Of a DNA stretch of 64,000 nt, positions 28,669 through 38,949 are shown one piece after another (the first letter of the stretch is position 1; the number at the start of each line of letters is the position of its first letter). The notes beneath the pieces are model-generated. The model made no database searches, was not told the origin of the DNA, and worked only from the letters and a program-made list of their open reading frames with translations. The stretch is taken from positions 234,764-298,763 of the IMG/VR virus record IMGVR_UViG_3300029288_000055. The stretch is one strand, 5' to 3'. Source of the stretch: a virus (lineage: Duplodnaviria > Heunggongvirae > Uroviricota > Caudoviricetes). Made by a program: the position numbers and the translations under genes.

Positions 28669-28777
28669 ATTTATTTAAAAATTTTAATTTATTAGTTTTT
28701 AATATACTGAGTAAATTAGTTGAATATGTGAAATGATAAAAAATATTACTAAGACCTTCTGAGAGAATTTTACCAGT

Positions 28778-29296
28778 TTATTTAAGAACATCAGGATTTG
28801 TACTACTATATTCACCATTATTATCTTTTGCTGATTTTATCTGAGTAGAATTCCAAACTATGGCATCTAAGATATCACCATTATCAAGAGCATCAATAAC
28901 ACCATCATATTCACCATTACTTTTCTTTGCAATAAGAACAGCCTTATTTGTTTCAATATATGACCCGTCTTTTTGTTTTCCAGCATATAATGGATTTTGA
29001 ATTGAAATATAAACACTGGTAATATTTCCATTATTTTGTTTTGCATAACGTCTTGCATCACCTTTTTGAGAAGTAAACCATGCTATTCCACGAAATTCAT
29101 TGCCAACAGGAGTCATATATTCTTTTGGTTTTGAAGGATTAAACGAGCCACCATGATGCATAATTAATGGTTTGCCTGACTTATCCACTATTTTGGAATT
29201 ACGAAACCACTTCCAGAAATTGTCGTTAAGAACTTCTTCACTTAATGCTGTTGTAAAGGTTTCGATCTCTTCGTTTATAATAACTTTTACGTTCAT
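28778..29296 (-). CDS. ART-PolyVal domain protein
   Basis: FWKWFRNSKIVDKSGKPLIMHHG...WFTS....A..YA...VYISIQNP...YDGVI...IVWNSTQIKSA.DNNGEYS..NPD; IINEEI leader. Confidence 0.8.
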   Translation of the reverse strand: MNVKVIINEEIETFTTALSEEVLNDNFWKWFRNSKIVDKSGKPLIMHHGGSFNPSKPKEYMTPVGNEFRGIAWFTSQKGDARRYAKQNNGNITSVYISIQNPLYAGKQKDGSYIETNKAVLIAKKSNGEYDGVIDALDNGDILDAIVWNSTQIKSAKDNNGEYSSTNPDVLK

Positions 29297-29318
29297 GAAG
29301 ATAAATACTAAGAAAAAG

Positions 29319-29346
29319 AAAGGTCCGCAAATATTTGCGGACCTTT
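29319..29346. repeat. 28-bp perfect palindrome, copy 1
   Basis: AAAGGTCCGCAAATATTTGCGGACCTTT; the 26-bp core is repeated at 44684-44709. Confidence 0.95.
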
Positions 29347-29537
29347 AAAAAATTATAGAAAAAATTTATGTAATATAATATTTATATAAGTTATTGTGTA
29401 TCAGGATTTAATAATTATTTATCTAAAGTAAAAGGTGAGATAAAAAAATGATTTTGGTGAAAAGGGCAAGGTAAGTTTTTAGGACACAATAAATTTTTTT
29501 GGAAAAATTTATGATTCATAGCGAAGATAGTCGTGTA

Positions 29538-29609
29538 GCACCCCGCCCCTCCAAAGGGGGGGTCTGACAGGGGGGGTGCGAGGGGGGGATACGGTGGGGG
29601 GTGTGGGGG
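29538..29609 (+). other. G-tract cluster (potential G-quadruplex)
   Basis: Runs G7, G7, G7, G6, G5 at 29556-29609, preceded by C-runs, in an AT-rich genome. Confidence 0.85.
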
Positions 29610-29758
29610 TTTGTGACAATGCCAGTCAGTAGGGTAAAGATTAGATAATATCAATTAATATATCTTTGCAGGTGTGCCAGTATACCAGAATATTAAATAG
29701 TCTTAAATAGCACAATAAACGTTTTTAAAGATATAGTATTTATGACAAATTTAATATT

Positions 29759-30112
29759 ATGAAATTATATATCTATATTATTACACATCCAAAATTTGAG
29801 GATTGGATTAAATTAGGTAGAACAGTTAATTTAAAAAATAGATTAGATAGTTATAATACTGGTTGTCCATTAAGAAAATATAAGTATTCATATACAAAAC
29901 AGTTAACACCTGAACAAGTATATAGTATTGAGTATCATTTTAAAATAAATATATATAATAATGGATTTGAATGGTTTAAATGTTCTGTACAGGAAGCAAT
30001 ATTATTAATTGAAAAAATAATTAACGAAAACATTGTTTATAAAAATGCTACTGAAAAAAATAAAGAATTAAGCAAGGCAAAAACAAAAAAGAAAAAAGAA
30101 AACACTATTTAA
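29759..30112 (+). CDS. T5orf172/GIY-YIG domain protein
   Basis: YIYIITHP..EDWIKLGRT.NLKNRL.SYNTGCP...E...H...EWF. Confidence 0.8.
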   Translation: MKLYIYIITHPKFEDWIKLGRTVNLKNRLDSYNTGCPLRKYKYSYTKQLTPEQVYSIEYHFKINIYNNGFEWFKCSVQEAILLIEKIINENIVYKNATEKNKELSKAKTKKKKENTI

Positions 30113-30174
30113 AATAGGTCAAATATAAAGGGTACATAATTGCACCCTTTATATAGCTTAACTATCTTTATAGT

Positions 30175-31671
30175 TTAGTACTCATCTGATTCGTCCTGAA
30201 AGTCTATAACAAAACCTAAAAAATGTTTTGCTCTTGTATATGCAACATAGACTAAATTTGTTTCTTGTTCAGCCATCCAGTCAACTCGCATAGCATGTTT
30301 TAAATAAAACTTATCTTTGCGGATTATATAAACGTTATCAGCCTCTAATCCTTTTGCTTTGTGTACAGTTGACAGGCATATACCAGACCTATCATTATCT
30401 TTAAAAATTGTATCAATACGATTCATAACTGCATCACTTGTTTTAAGGTTTTTTGCAATGACATTAATAGCATTAATTTTGTCCTGCATGTTTTTATATA
30501 CGCTATTAGCTTGCGCATCTGCGAGCGTACAATGTGACTTATTCATAATTTTTTTTGCAACTTTGTCCAGATCATTAGCCAGTTTTAACATAACATCTGA
30601 CATATTTCTGCGCTTCGTTGCTTTAATCATATTGATCAGGTTTGCGCCAATATCTCTACCTTTGACATAAGCCTTAATACCTTTGCCAATATAGTACATA
30701 CAAAGTGCAACAAGTGGAGCAGTAACACGACATAAAACCATATCACCGTCTTTTATATCTTCGACTTTTGAATTGTCACATACAACCCCTTCGGGTGCGT
30801 TATCTCTTGCCTCAATTTGTGGTACAATTTCTTTTGCCAGATTAATAATATTAGTATCAGAACGGTAACAAACTGACAAAGGTAAATTAATTGTATTGGG
30901 TAAATTTTTAAGCATGTTAAAACTTTCAACGTCTGCACCTGCAAACCCGTAAATTGCCTGACGTGGGTCACCGACTGCAACAAATCTGCCAGACGGTTTT
31001 AAAGTCTTTAAAAACATTTCACGTTGTGCCGTATTTAAGTCCTGACATTCGTCTATAAAAACATAGTCAAATTGTGGCATATCCAATTTTTTGACGTTTG
31101 GAAAATAGATCATATCAGTAAAGTCAATTATACTAACTTCATTTTTGCCCCATGAAACTACATTCATTGCAATAGTACATTCATTATCCAGTACGTTAAT
31201 ACAATATTTTTCAGCAATGTTTTCAAGCATGGTAATACTATCACAAAGGTAAACACGTGCAAGGTCAACCAGTTTAATGATATTAGTTTTAAATTCGTAT
31301 GTTTCTTCTTCAACCAGTTCAATAGTAGCCTTAAACATGCCAAATTTAATACCATCATTAATGTAAGCAGAATATTTGTTATTGTCAACTGTTATACCCC
31401 TGAAAGTATTTCTAATTGCAGACATGCCTAAACTGTGCAGGGTGCGAATTTCAACGTTTGGCATGTTACCGATTTTTATTTTCAATTCTTCAACTATTGC
31501 CTTATTGAAAGCAAGAAATAAAACTTTCATATAAATAGGAATAAGTTTCAATGCCTCAACAATAGTTGTACTTTTGCCTGAACCTGCAACAGCGTCAACA
31601 ACTGCGTTACCTGAACCGTCTGTAATATGCTGATAAACAGCTTTCTGGTATTTACTCGGTGTGTGTGACAT
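30175..31671 (-). CDS. Superfamily I DNA helicase (UvrD/Rep-like)
   Basis: AVAGSGKST, FIDECQD, VGDPRQAIYGF, STVHKAKGLE, YVAYTRAK. Confidence 0.93.
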   Translation of the reverse strand: MSHTPSKYQKAVYQHITDGSGNAVVDAVAGSGKSTTIVEALKLIPIYMKVLFLAFNKAIVEELKIKIGNMPNVEIRTLHSLGMSAIRNTFRGITVDNNKYSAYINDGIKFGMFKATIELVEEETYEFKTNIIKLVDLARVYLCDSITMLENIAEKYCINVLDNECTIAMNVVSWGKNEVSIIDFTDMIYFPNVKKLDMPQFDYVFIDECQDLNTAQREMFLKTLKPSGRFVAVGDPRQAIYGFAGADVESFNMLKNLPNTINLPLSVCYRSDTNIINLAKEIVPQIEARDNAPEGVVCDNSKVEDIKDGDMVLCRVTAPLVALCMYYIGKGIKAYVKGRDIGANLINMIKATKRRNMSDVMLKLANDLDKVAKKIMNKSHCTLADAQANSVYKNMQDKINAINVIAKNLKTSDAVMNRIDTIFKDNDRSGICLSTVHKAKGLEADNVYIIRKDKFYLKHAMRVDWMAEQETNLVYVAYTRAKHFLGFVIDFQDESDEY

Positions 31672-31707
31672 GGTATAAAAGATTAAGTTTAACAATCAAT
31701 AACAGTA

Positions 31708-31739
31708 CAAATATACAACGGATAAAATTACTGTGCAAA
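31708..31739 (-). promoter_or_regulatory. Bacteroidota primary-sigma promoter TTTG-N20-TATATTTG
   Basis: Consensus -33/-7 elements upstream of the helicase gene. Confidence 0.8.
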
Positions 31740-31862
31740 TATTCGGACAAGTATTTTTAAATAAAAACGTTTTTATTTCTTATTGCCTGATTAGTTGCTG
31801 ATATGCACAAAATAAAAAAGGGGCAAATTGCCCCTTAAATAATATTACATGTAAGGTTATTA

Positions 31863-32435
31863 TTAAGCTATCTCAATACATGTGCCTGATACCTTAAGGT
31901 TATCAGCGTTCGCAAGTATGAAATTGCGGAATTTACCTGCCCTTAAGTCAAGATGTTTGGTAATTGCTTTTTTACCTAAAGTTTTCGGTGAACTGTTAAC
32001 GGTTTCAAAAGTACCTTTGACCAAAACAGTTTTGTCAATTGCCATGCCAAAGATATGAATTGCCAGTGTTTCAGGGTGAAGTTTTACACCCGGTGCAAGG
32101 TTAATATATGCGTTTGTTTGTGCCTGACTTTGTGTGGTACGGTCTGACAGTTTTTCAGAAAGATTTTTTTCAGCAGAAATAAGCATTTCTGAAAGTGATG
32201 TTTTCAGTATATCAATTGCAATATTTGAAGACTTGCAAATATCTTTAAGGTCATTATCTGTGACAGACTTAAGACTTGCAAAGTCTTTTTTCTTAGCTTC
32301 CTGCACACTGATATTAACGTTTATTCTGTGGTTTGCAAGCTCGCCTGATTTTTCAGACAGGTAGTTATTAACTGCAATAATTTTCGCACCGTTAAGACCT
32401 TTGAATTTGTCAATAAATCTTTTAAATTCGCTCAT
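31863..32435 (-). CDS. Hypothetical protein
   Basis: 190-aa ORF with its own host-type promoter; hairpin AAGGGGCAAATTGCCCCTT just downstream of its stop, near 31818-31836. Confidence 0.75.
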   Translation of the reverse strand: MSEFKRFIDKFKGLNGAKIIAVNNYLSEKSGELANHRINVNISVQEAKKKDFASLKSVTDNDLKDICKSSNIAIDILKTSLSEMLISAEKNLSEKLSDRTTQSQAQTNAYINLAPGVKLHPETLAIHIFGMAIDKTVLVKGTFETVNSSPKTLGKKAITKHLDLRAGKFRNFILANADNLKVSGTCIEIA

Positions 32436-32477
32436 TGTTTTATGTATTAATGGTTAATAATAAAATTGATTACCTGA

Positions 32478-32509
32478 CAAATGTAATATAGATAAAATTA
32501 CTGTGCAAA
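32478..32509 (-). promoter_or_regulatory. Bacteroidota primary-sigma promoter TTTG-N20-TACATTTG
   Basis: Consensus elements; flanks are near-identical to the 31708-31770 block. Confidence 0.8.
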
Positions 32510-32543
32510 TATTCAGTAAAGTATTTTTAATTAAAAACGTTAT

Positions 32544-33113
32544 TTATAAAGATTCTAAACAAAGTTTTTTTATAGTTCTAAATCCTATTTTAAGTTTCCT
32601 CATTGCTTCTTTTAATGAATAATAAGTAATACCATTAATTACTATTTCACGTCTATTTTTAGCACTTAAAGCAATATTTTTATTCCAGTCAGTTGTATGC
32701 TTTTCGCCTAAGTGTGCCAATGATAAATTATGTTTTTCTTCCTCTGTCCATATACGCTGATAACATGGATTATTACTACCTTTGTTTTTTTCTTTTAACT
32801 TATTAATAACATCAGGTGTAAATGTGAAATATTCACCACCAGTTGTTGAATTGGTTAAGTCATTATTATCAGTAATATGTTTAATTTCATATTCTAATAT
32901 TTCATCTTTATTTTGTGTTTGTAAAATAATCTTAAATATTGGTTTTTTATTATTGATTAGAAGTTTATTAATCCAATTATCTTTATGAGTTTTTAATTCC
33001 TTCGCATCTGTTAAATGTTCTTTATATCTTTGTTCAGGACGATAAGTAATACCAACATAACGTACAACGTTAGTATCGGGGTCAATCAGGTAATATAAAT
33101 AATATGTTTTCAT
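32544..33113 (-). CDS. GIY-YIG homing endonuclease with NUMOD3-like tail (free-standing)
   Basis: YYLYYLIDP...RYVGIT..PEQR..EH...E...I...LTN.T.GGE; GSNNP...KH.LS.AHLG. Confidence 0.85.
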   Translation of the reverse strand: MKTYYLYYLIDPDTNVVRYVGITYRPEQRYKEHLTDAKELKTHKDNWINKLLINNKKPIFKIILQTQNKDEILEYEIKHITDNNDLTNSTTGGEYFTFTPDVINKLKEKNKGSNNPCYQRIWTEEEKHNLSLAHLGEKHTTDWNKNIALSAKNRREIVINGITYYSLKEAMRKLKIGFRTIKKLCLESL

Positions 33114-33214
33114 ATACATAAATACATTAAAAAAAATAAAGCAATCACGGAGTCTACTCGGTGTCAGGTGTCGTGTGCCTGTTACCACTATGCGGATATG
33201 TTTTAATAACAGGT

Positions 33215-33246
33215 CAAAGATATGTATCATTTTTGACCTGTGCAAA
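33215..33246 (-). promoter_or_regulatory. Bacteroidota primary-sigma promoter TTTG-N20-TATCTTTG
   Basis: Consensus elements; the divergent -7 element TATCTTTG at 33353-33360 (+) precedes the sigma gene. Confidence 0.75.
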
Positions 33247-33400
33247 TATTTGAGTAACTATTTTTAATTAAAAACGTTATTTAGAATGAATATTGATTAC
33301 GGTCAAAAGTGAAAATAATGTAACTAATATAGTTTTAATTAAAAACAATAGTTATCTTTGTCCTGTTGAATTGATTGTTAAACTTAATACCATATAGAGA

Positions 33401-34063
33401 ATGAGAACAAAAGTAAACAAGTCGCAACTGATGAAAAAAGCATGGCAACTGTTTAAAAATCAGCCTGTTAAGACTGACGAAAAGTTTGCCGAATGTTTAA
33501 GGTCTGCATGGCAAATTGCCAAAACTGCACCCTCAATTGAAAGTCTGTATAAGGCTCATTATCAGGCTCTTTACAACTTCATATTTTTGAAGTTACACAA
33601 CGTTGAAGTGTCACAAGAATTGACAAATGACGTGTTTATCAAAGCAAATCAGAACATGCACCTATATAATAGCGAAAAGTCGCAAATCAGTACTTGGCTA
33701 CATAACATAGCTAAAAACTTGGTTATAGACTATTATCGTGCCGACAATTCAGACAAATATATAAACGTGTCAAATTTCAATGATGCGGAAACAGGCAAAG
33801 AGGTTTATCAATTTGTTGATAGTCAAACAACTGACAGTATAATGGACAATAAAGAACTGTTAGCGAATGTTCAAAAAGCAATGTCCAAACTCAAACCAAA
33901 ATATCAGAAAGTCGCTGATTTATACTTCATTGCAGACAAACCTTACAATGAAATAGCTGAACTGTTGGAATTACCGCTTGGCAGTGTCAAAGGTATGGTA
34001 AACAGGATTAAAAGCATGTTAACAAGTCAGTCAGAACTACAATACCATTATCAGAACATGTAA
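33401..34063 (+). CDS. ECF (sigma-70 group 4) RNA polymerase sigma factor with short N-terminal extension
   Basis: Region 2: ELTNDVFIKA...STWLHNIAKNLVIDYYR. Region 4: LKPKYQKVADLYFIADKPYNEIAELLELPLGSVKGMVNR. Confidence 0.93.
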   Translation: MRTKVNKSQLMKKAWQLFKNQPVKTDEKFAECLRSAWQIAKTAPSIESLYKAHYQALYNFIFLKLHNVEVSQELTNDVFIKANQNMHLYNSEKSQISTWLHNIAKNLVIDYYRADNSDKYINVSNFNDAETGKEVYQFVDSQTTDSIMDNKELLANVQKAMSKLKPKYQKVADLYFIADKPYNEIAELLELPLGSVKGMVNRIKSMLTSQSELQYHYQNM

Positions 34064-34176
34064 GGGTATTGTACCCTTACATTTGCTTCTGTGCAATGTC
34101 CAAATTATAATGTCCATATATGCAACTTTCAATGTCCAAATTACGTATAACAGATATTAACCAATACCGCAAAGCA

Positions 34177-37100
34177 ATGAATGAAATAGGTGAAAAAATA
34201 GACGTTAAAACTGCTTCATGCAGGGAAATCTACATGCCAGACTTAATGGCATTGCTTAAGAGTGATATATTTAAATTCTGGTCGTGGGGTTCACATGCGT
34301 TGACAATTGACAACAAACGTTGTACCCGCATGTTTAGAATGACTGTTTCAGGTCATCATCACAAAGGTCATGTTTACATATTCTTATCAGGTGCAGACCT
34401 GTTTGAAGTGTACCTGACAAGTAATCAGGGAACTATCAGGGACAAAACTGAGGAAGGTTTGTACTTTGATATGCTTGTTGACTGGATTGATACAAGGGTT
34501 GAAAAAATACCTGACTATGTACGATAATTATTAACCACTAAATACGCAAAGCAATGAACGAAATTAAAATTACAACTACTCATACATTCAGTAAGGAAGA
34601 TATTTCTGACCTGATTGTAACAGCACTGGAAGGCGGAATAAACTACTGGTGCAGGAAGGCAAAGATCAAATTAGATACGGAAGGTAATTACTTCAATGTA
34701 CCAAAGGAAGATCAGGACAAAGTTATCTATGCCAGTGATGCAATTAGTTACGGTGGCACGCTGATATTGTTCGATGCTGAAAGTACAGACAAATGGGAAT
34801 TGAATCTGGAGAATGTACAGAAAGGTATTCAGATGCATTGTGAAAAGCGCAACATTGCACCCGCAGGATTGATGGACAACTATGATGCGGAAGATGCTGA
34901 TTGTATTGTACAGTATGCAGTCTTCAATGAACTGACGTTCGGATAAGAGTTTTTAATTAAAAATAGAACCCTCTGGAAGTAACAAACCAGAGGGTTTTTT
35001 CGTATAATAGAATGTACCAAAACAGAATGTACTATGGCAAAGAAACAGTTTAAAATCGGTGAATGTGCAGTCGGTGGAATCATTGCAGTGGAAGTCACTG
35101 GCAAAGTTATCCAGATCAAAGCACTTGATTACTATTCTAAGAAAGAGGTTTCCAGTGGTTCAGCAATGTCCGATGAACGGAATGTACAGTGGAAGCTCGA
35201 CAACTACCTGAATGATCTTACAACCAGTTATTACGCAGGTAAGATACTGGACTGGATTAAGACGAAAGTTAAATTTGATTACATATTCTAAAAACAGAAT
35301 GTACTATGCTACAAAAAGTAAACATTAACGGCTTCATATATTTTGCAGACGTTAACAATCAGGTTCTCTATACTGACAGAGATAAAAAATCAGGTTCACC
35401 GTTTTCATTCTTAACAAAGAATGAGAATGTACAATTGCAGAATGAACTGAGATTTCCACGTAAAGAAAAGGAAGAAGAATTGTAACCTTTCAACAGCAAT
35501 GTACGTATAAGAATTCTCTATATTCAATTAGTTTACAGGGGCGTTGTAGTTAACCAGACTACCGCCTCTTTTTCTTTGTAACCTTTTTAATTAAAACAAC
35601 GTATAAGCATTGTACCAAATACCAAACGCAATGAAAATACATGAAGCAGGAAACAAATTAATGGCAGAGTTTATGGGTTATGTACAGAGTTCAGTACATA
35701 ATGTATTTCTTCATTCAGCTAATCATGGGTTCAAAGGAACAAACGGTTATAAAGATGCTTTTATAAGAAAAGATCAGTACGATTTATTAACTGGATTTTA
35801 TGAATCAGGTCAACAAATTGAGATTGATAAGTTCTATGAGAGTACCAGAAATGTACGTGGTGAATTTGTTAACTCTACTTTGCCGTACATATTCAACGGT
35901 GTGCATTTATTTCTTACAGCATGGAATAACAGAAGTACACAACTGGACTGGATGCCTTGCAAACTGAAATACCGTGAAGACTGGAATAAACTTATGGAAG
36001 TTGTTGAGAAGATTGAAAGTCTTGGTGGTAATATAACTATCAAAGGTAACACTTGTGAGGTTATATATAAATTTGGTGGTATTGGTAATAGTAGTACCTT
36101 TGAAAAGAAAATTGATGCAGTATGGAATGCATGTGTTGAATATATCATATACTATAATAAGTGTGTGAAAGCGTAACATTTTTAATTAAAAACTCGTATA
36201 AGAGTTGTAACCAATAACCACAAACACAATGGCAACAACAAAATATGGTTTACCAGAAATACCAAGTGAATTTATTGAACCTTATCTGGTTAAGTTTTTA
36301 GGCAATATGATACAGTATGTTGCTTGTGCCAGTACCGAAGAAGATATTAAAAAGAATCATTGTGGCTGGACTGTTGGTGAAGTCAGGCAATGGCTCAAAG
36401 GTATGGAAGTATTTGTCAGTGAGTTTTGTGGCATTCATTCCCGCTATGCAATAAATAATGAAATTAATAGGTGGGACAAAATGACTGATGAACAATTAAA
36501 AGAACTTTGCGATAAAGTTATTAATGAAGTTGGCGTTGAATAATGAAACCTTTTTAATTAAAAATACGTATAAGACCTGTAACCAATATTAAACGCAATG
36601 AGAAAATTAATCGTGGAGTACAAAAAAGACTTTAAACCTTCAAAAGATGTTATGAGGGTTGGTAATGCAGTGATCATGTTTACTCCTGCAATTACAGAAG
36701 ACTACTGGATTATGCGCATAAAGCTATTCAGGAATCAGGCGTTGGTCGCCTTCCCAAAGTTCGGTTTGATAGGTGTAGGTTTTGCCAAAGAATCTGACTG
36801 GAATACAAACCTGCCTTATAACGTTTCAGCAGAGAAGTTATACAATCATATTGAGCGCAATAAGAAGTATGACCAGTTGACCAAAGAACGTTGCATAGAG
36901 GCTATTAAAATGCTTCAAGCTGCATGTAAGCAGTATGAGAAAGAAAAGGAAGAGAAAACTATCAACCTGAATATGAAAGAGGTTAACAACGTCATAATGG
37001 GTGCAATCAGCATGTCAGGTTTAAGGAGAGTAAGACAGATGCGTTATTCAAGAAACTAATAACCACAAAAATATGAAATCAATAATTGTAAAAAACATTA

Positions 37101-37731
37101 TGATTCAGTTTGATAGCTTTGATCATGGAGCAGACAAACATACAGCACTTGCAACACTTGATCGAATTAATGAAGTACTGCAAGAGAGATTCCCTGACAT
37201 ATCACCGCAAATCTTTGTAAATGCAATTGATGACGATGATATTGAAATTGCTGATCAAAAATAACCTGCAATACATTTTTAATTAAAACCATGTAACCTT
37301 TACATGGTTTTTTTCGTATAAGACCTGTAACCAATACCAAACGCAAAATGAAACAATCACTTAAACTTTTAAAAGCAGGATTTGAGAGTTCATGCTCAAC
37401 CACACCTGAATTTGCATCATTCTTCAGGACGTTCAAAAAAGAGTTCACCAAAGAATTACAAACAATTGGTGCAACTGAGATTGAGTTCAGCAGAGGTCAT
37501 TTTCATCTGACAGGATTTTTCAGGGTTGATGGTCAGTTATGGTATTTCAGTTTATCTGACGTTCGGGGAATGGATTATGGTTTGGCTAATCACCCTGAGA
37601 GTTGCATGAATAAACTGTTATACAGAACTGCAAAGCATAACAAAGATTGGACAGGCGGAAGTAACAGGTATGCAGTCATTGAATCAGGCATGGCACAAAA
37701 GATGTGTTGGAGTTTTAAACTCATTGATTGA
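34177..37731 (+). other. Cassette-like hypothetical CDSs (34177-34527, 34554-34946, 35034-35291, 35631-36176, 36229-36543, 36598-37059, 37073-37264, 37348-37731)
   Basis: Most follow an ECF promoter and an AACCAAT...AAACGCAATG-type leader. Confidence 0.7.
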
Positions 37732-37837
37732 AAATAATAATTGGTTTTTAATTAAAAAGGTTGCAGGAATGTAACCTTTTTTTGTTTATCATCGTATAAG
37801 AGGTATAAGAAAGAGAGGCGGAGTAAAATTCGGGTGC

Positions 37838-37890
37838 AGTAATCCAACCCTACCTTTATGTCTGAGTTTAGAATGATTCTAAATTATAAC
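37838..37890. repeat. About 52-bp repeat with a 17-bp inverted core TTTAGAAT-G-ATTCTAAA (second copy 40257-40308)
   Basis: Cores at 37867-37883 and 40285-40301; variant at 44865-44881. Confidence 0.85.
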
Positions 37891-37964
37891 GTTTTTAATT
37901 AAAAACTGTAACCTTTTTAATTAAGAGAACGTATAAGAGGTATAAACCAATTAAATTAAACGCA

Positions 37965-38846
37965 ATGGCAAAAGTAAAAAGAGGACAGGTAATATGTGAT
38001 ATTGAAGATTTGATCTTCCCTGTCGAATTAATCGACAATCCAAGGCGTACAAACAGCGAATATAAGAAAGTCGTTGTTGGCACTCTTGTTGATGGTGAAA
38101 TTGATTTGAACTACTGTTCAGCACGTTATGAACTTGTGCCTAACTCTGTTATCTTCCCGAACATTGAGAAGATATTAAAAGAGCATGGCATTGAATTTGA
38201 AGTGCAGTACTCGCACACGAACAACGCTCGTTTTTATGCCAATTATGTGATAACTGACAAACGTTACTCATATAAGATCAAAGGTACAAATGACGAAATT
38301 TGCCCTGTTCTGAGAGTTCAGCACTCTTACAATGGTCTGACCAAATACAGGATTATGTTTGGTTATTTCAGGGTGATCTGTTCAAATGGTCTGACTGTAC
38401 CAGTACAGGAAATGAGTAAATACAACCTTGTTATCATTGGTAAGCATACCAGTTCAATCCTGTTGTCACTTAAGAAACTTGACATTATGCTGAGTACATT
38501 TTCAAATGAGGCAATTCAGATAACATCTGAGATAACAGCCAAATATGAAATGCTTGTTGATCGCAAAGTTACCAATGTTAAACTGAGAGTTGAGCAGGTT
38601 CTGAAACAGAACAAAGTCAACATGACTGACAACAAAAATTTCAACACTGTTGAAAACATTGCAAGCAGGATAATGAGGGAAGTCAATGACCCGACACTCG
38701 GTTACAATGGCAGAGTAAATGACTGGCTTGTATACAACGGAATTAACCAGTATCTTGGTGATGATAACCTGAATATCGCTGCACCTGAAAAGAGAATGGA
38801 AACCGATAGTAAGATACTTGAGTACATGCTGAAAAATGCAGCATAA
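37965..38846 (+). CDS. DUF932-family protein
   Basis: SARYELVPN...HSYNG....MFGYFRVICSNGL...HT. Confidence 0.75.
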   Translation: MAKVKRGQVICDIEDLIFPVELIDNPRRTNSEYKKVVVGTLVDGEIDLNYCSARYELVPNSVIFPNIEKILKEHGIEFEVQYSHTNNARFYANYVITDKRYSYKIKGTNDEICPVLRVQHSYNGLTKYRIMFGYFRVICSNGLTVPVQEMSKYNLVIIGKHTSSILLSLKKLDIMLSTFSNEAIQITSEITAKYEMLVDRKVTNVKLRVEQVLKQNKVNMTDNKNFNTVENIASRIMREVNDPTLGYNGRVNDWLVYNGINQYLGDDNLNIAAPEKRMETDSKILEYMLKNAA

Positions 38847-38863
38847 TCAATGTACAGAATAAT

Positions 38864-38893
38864 AAAAAGGGGTGAAATTTCACCCCTTTTTTT
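38864..38893. terminator. Intrinsic terminator
   Basis: AAAAAGGGGTGAAATTTCACCCCTTTTTTT. Confidence 0.85.
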
Positions 38894-38949
38894 ATAACCT
38901 TTTTAATTAAAAGATCGTATAATAGTTATTAACCACTAACTTTAAAGCA

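Noticed and set aside
29415-29654. Proline-rich 79-aa ORF on the minus strand
   Set aside because: By-product of the G-tract; no plausible start context.
32544-33113. GIY-YIG gene as part of a self-splicing intron
   Set aside because: It has its own promoters and does not interrupt a recognisable gene; treated as free-standing.
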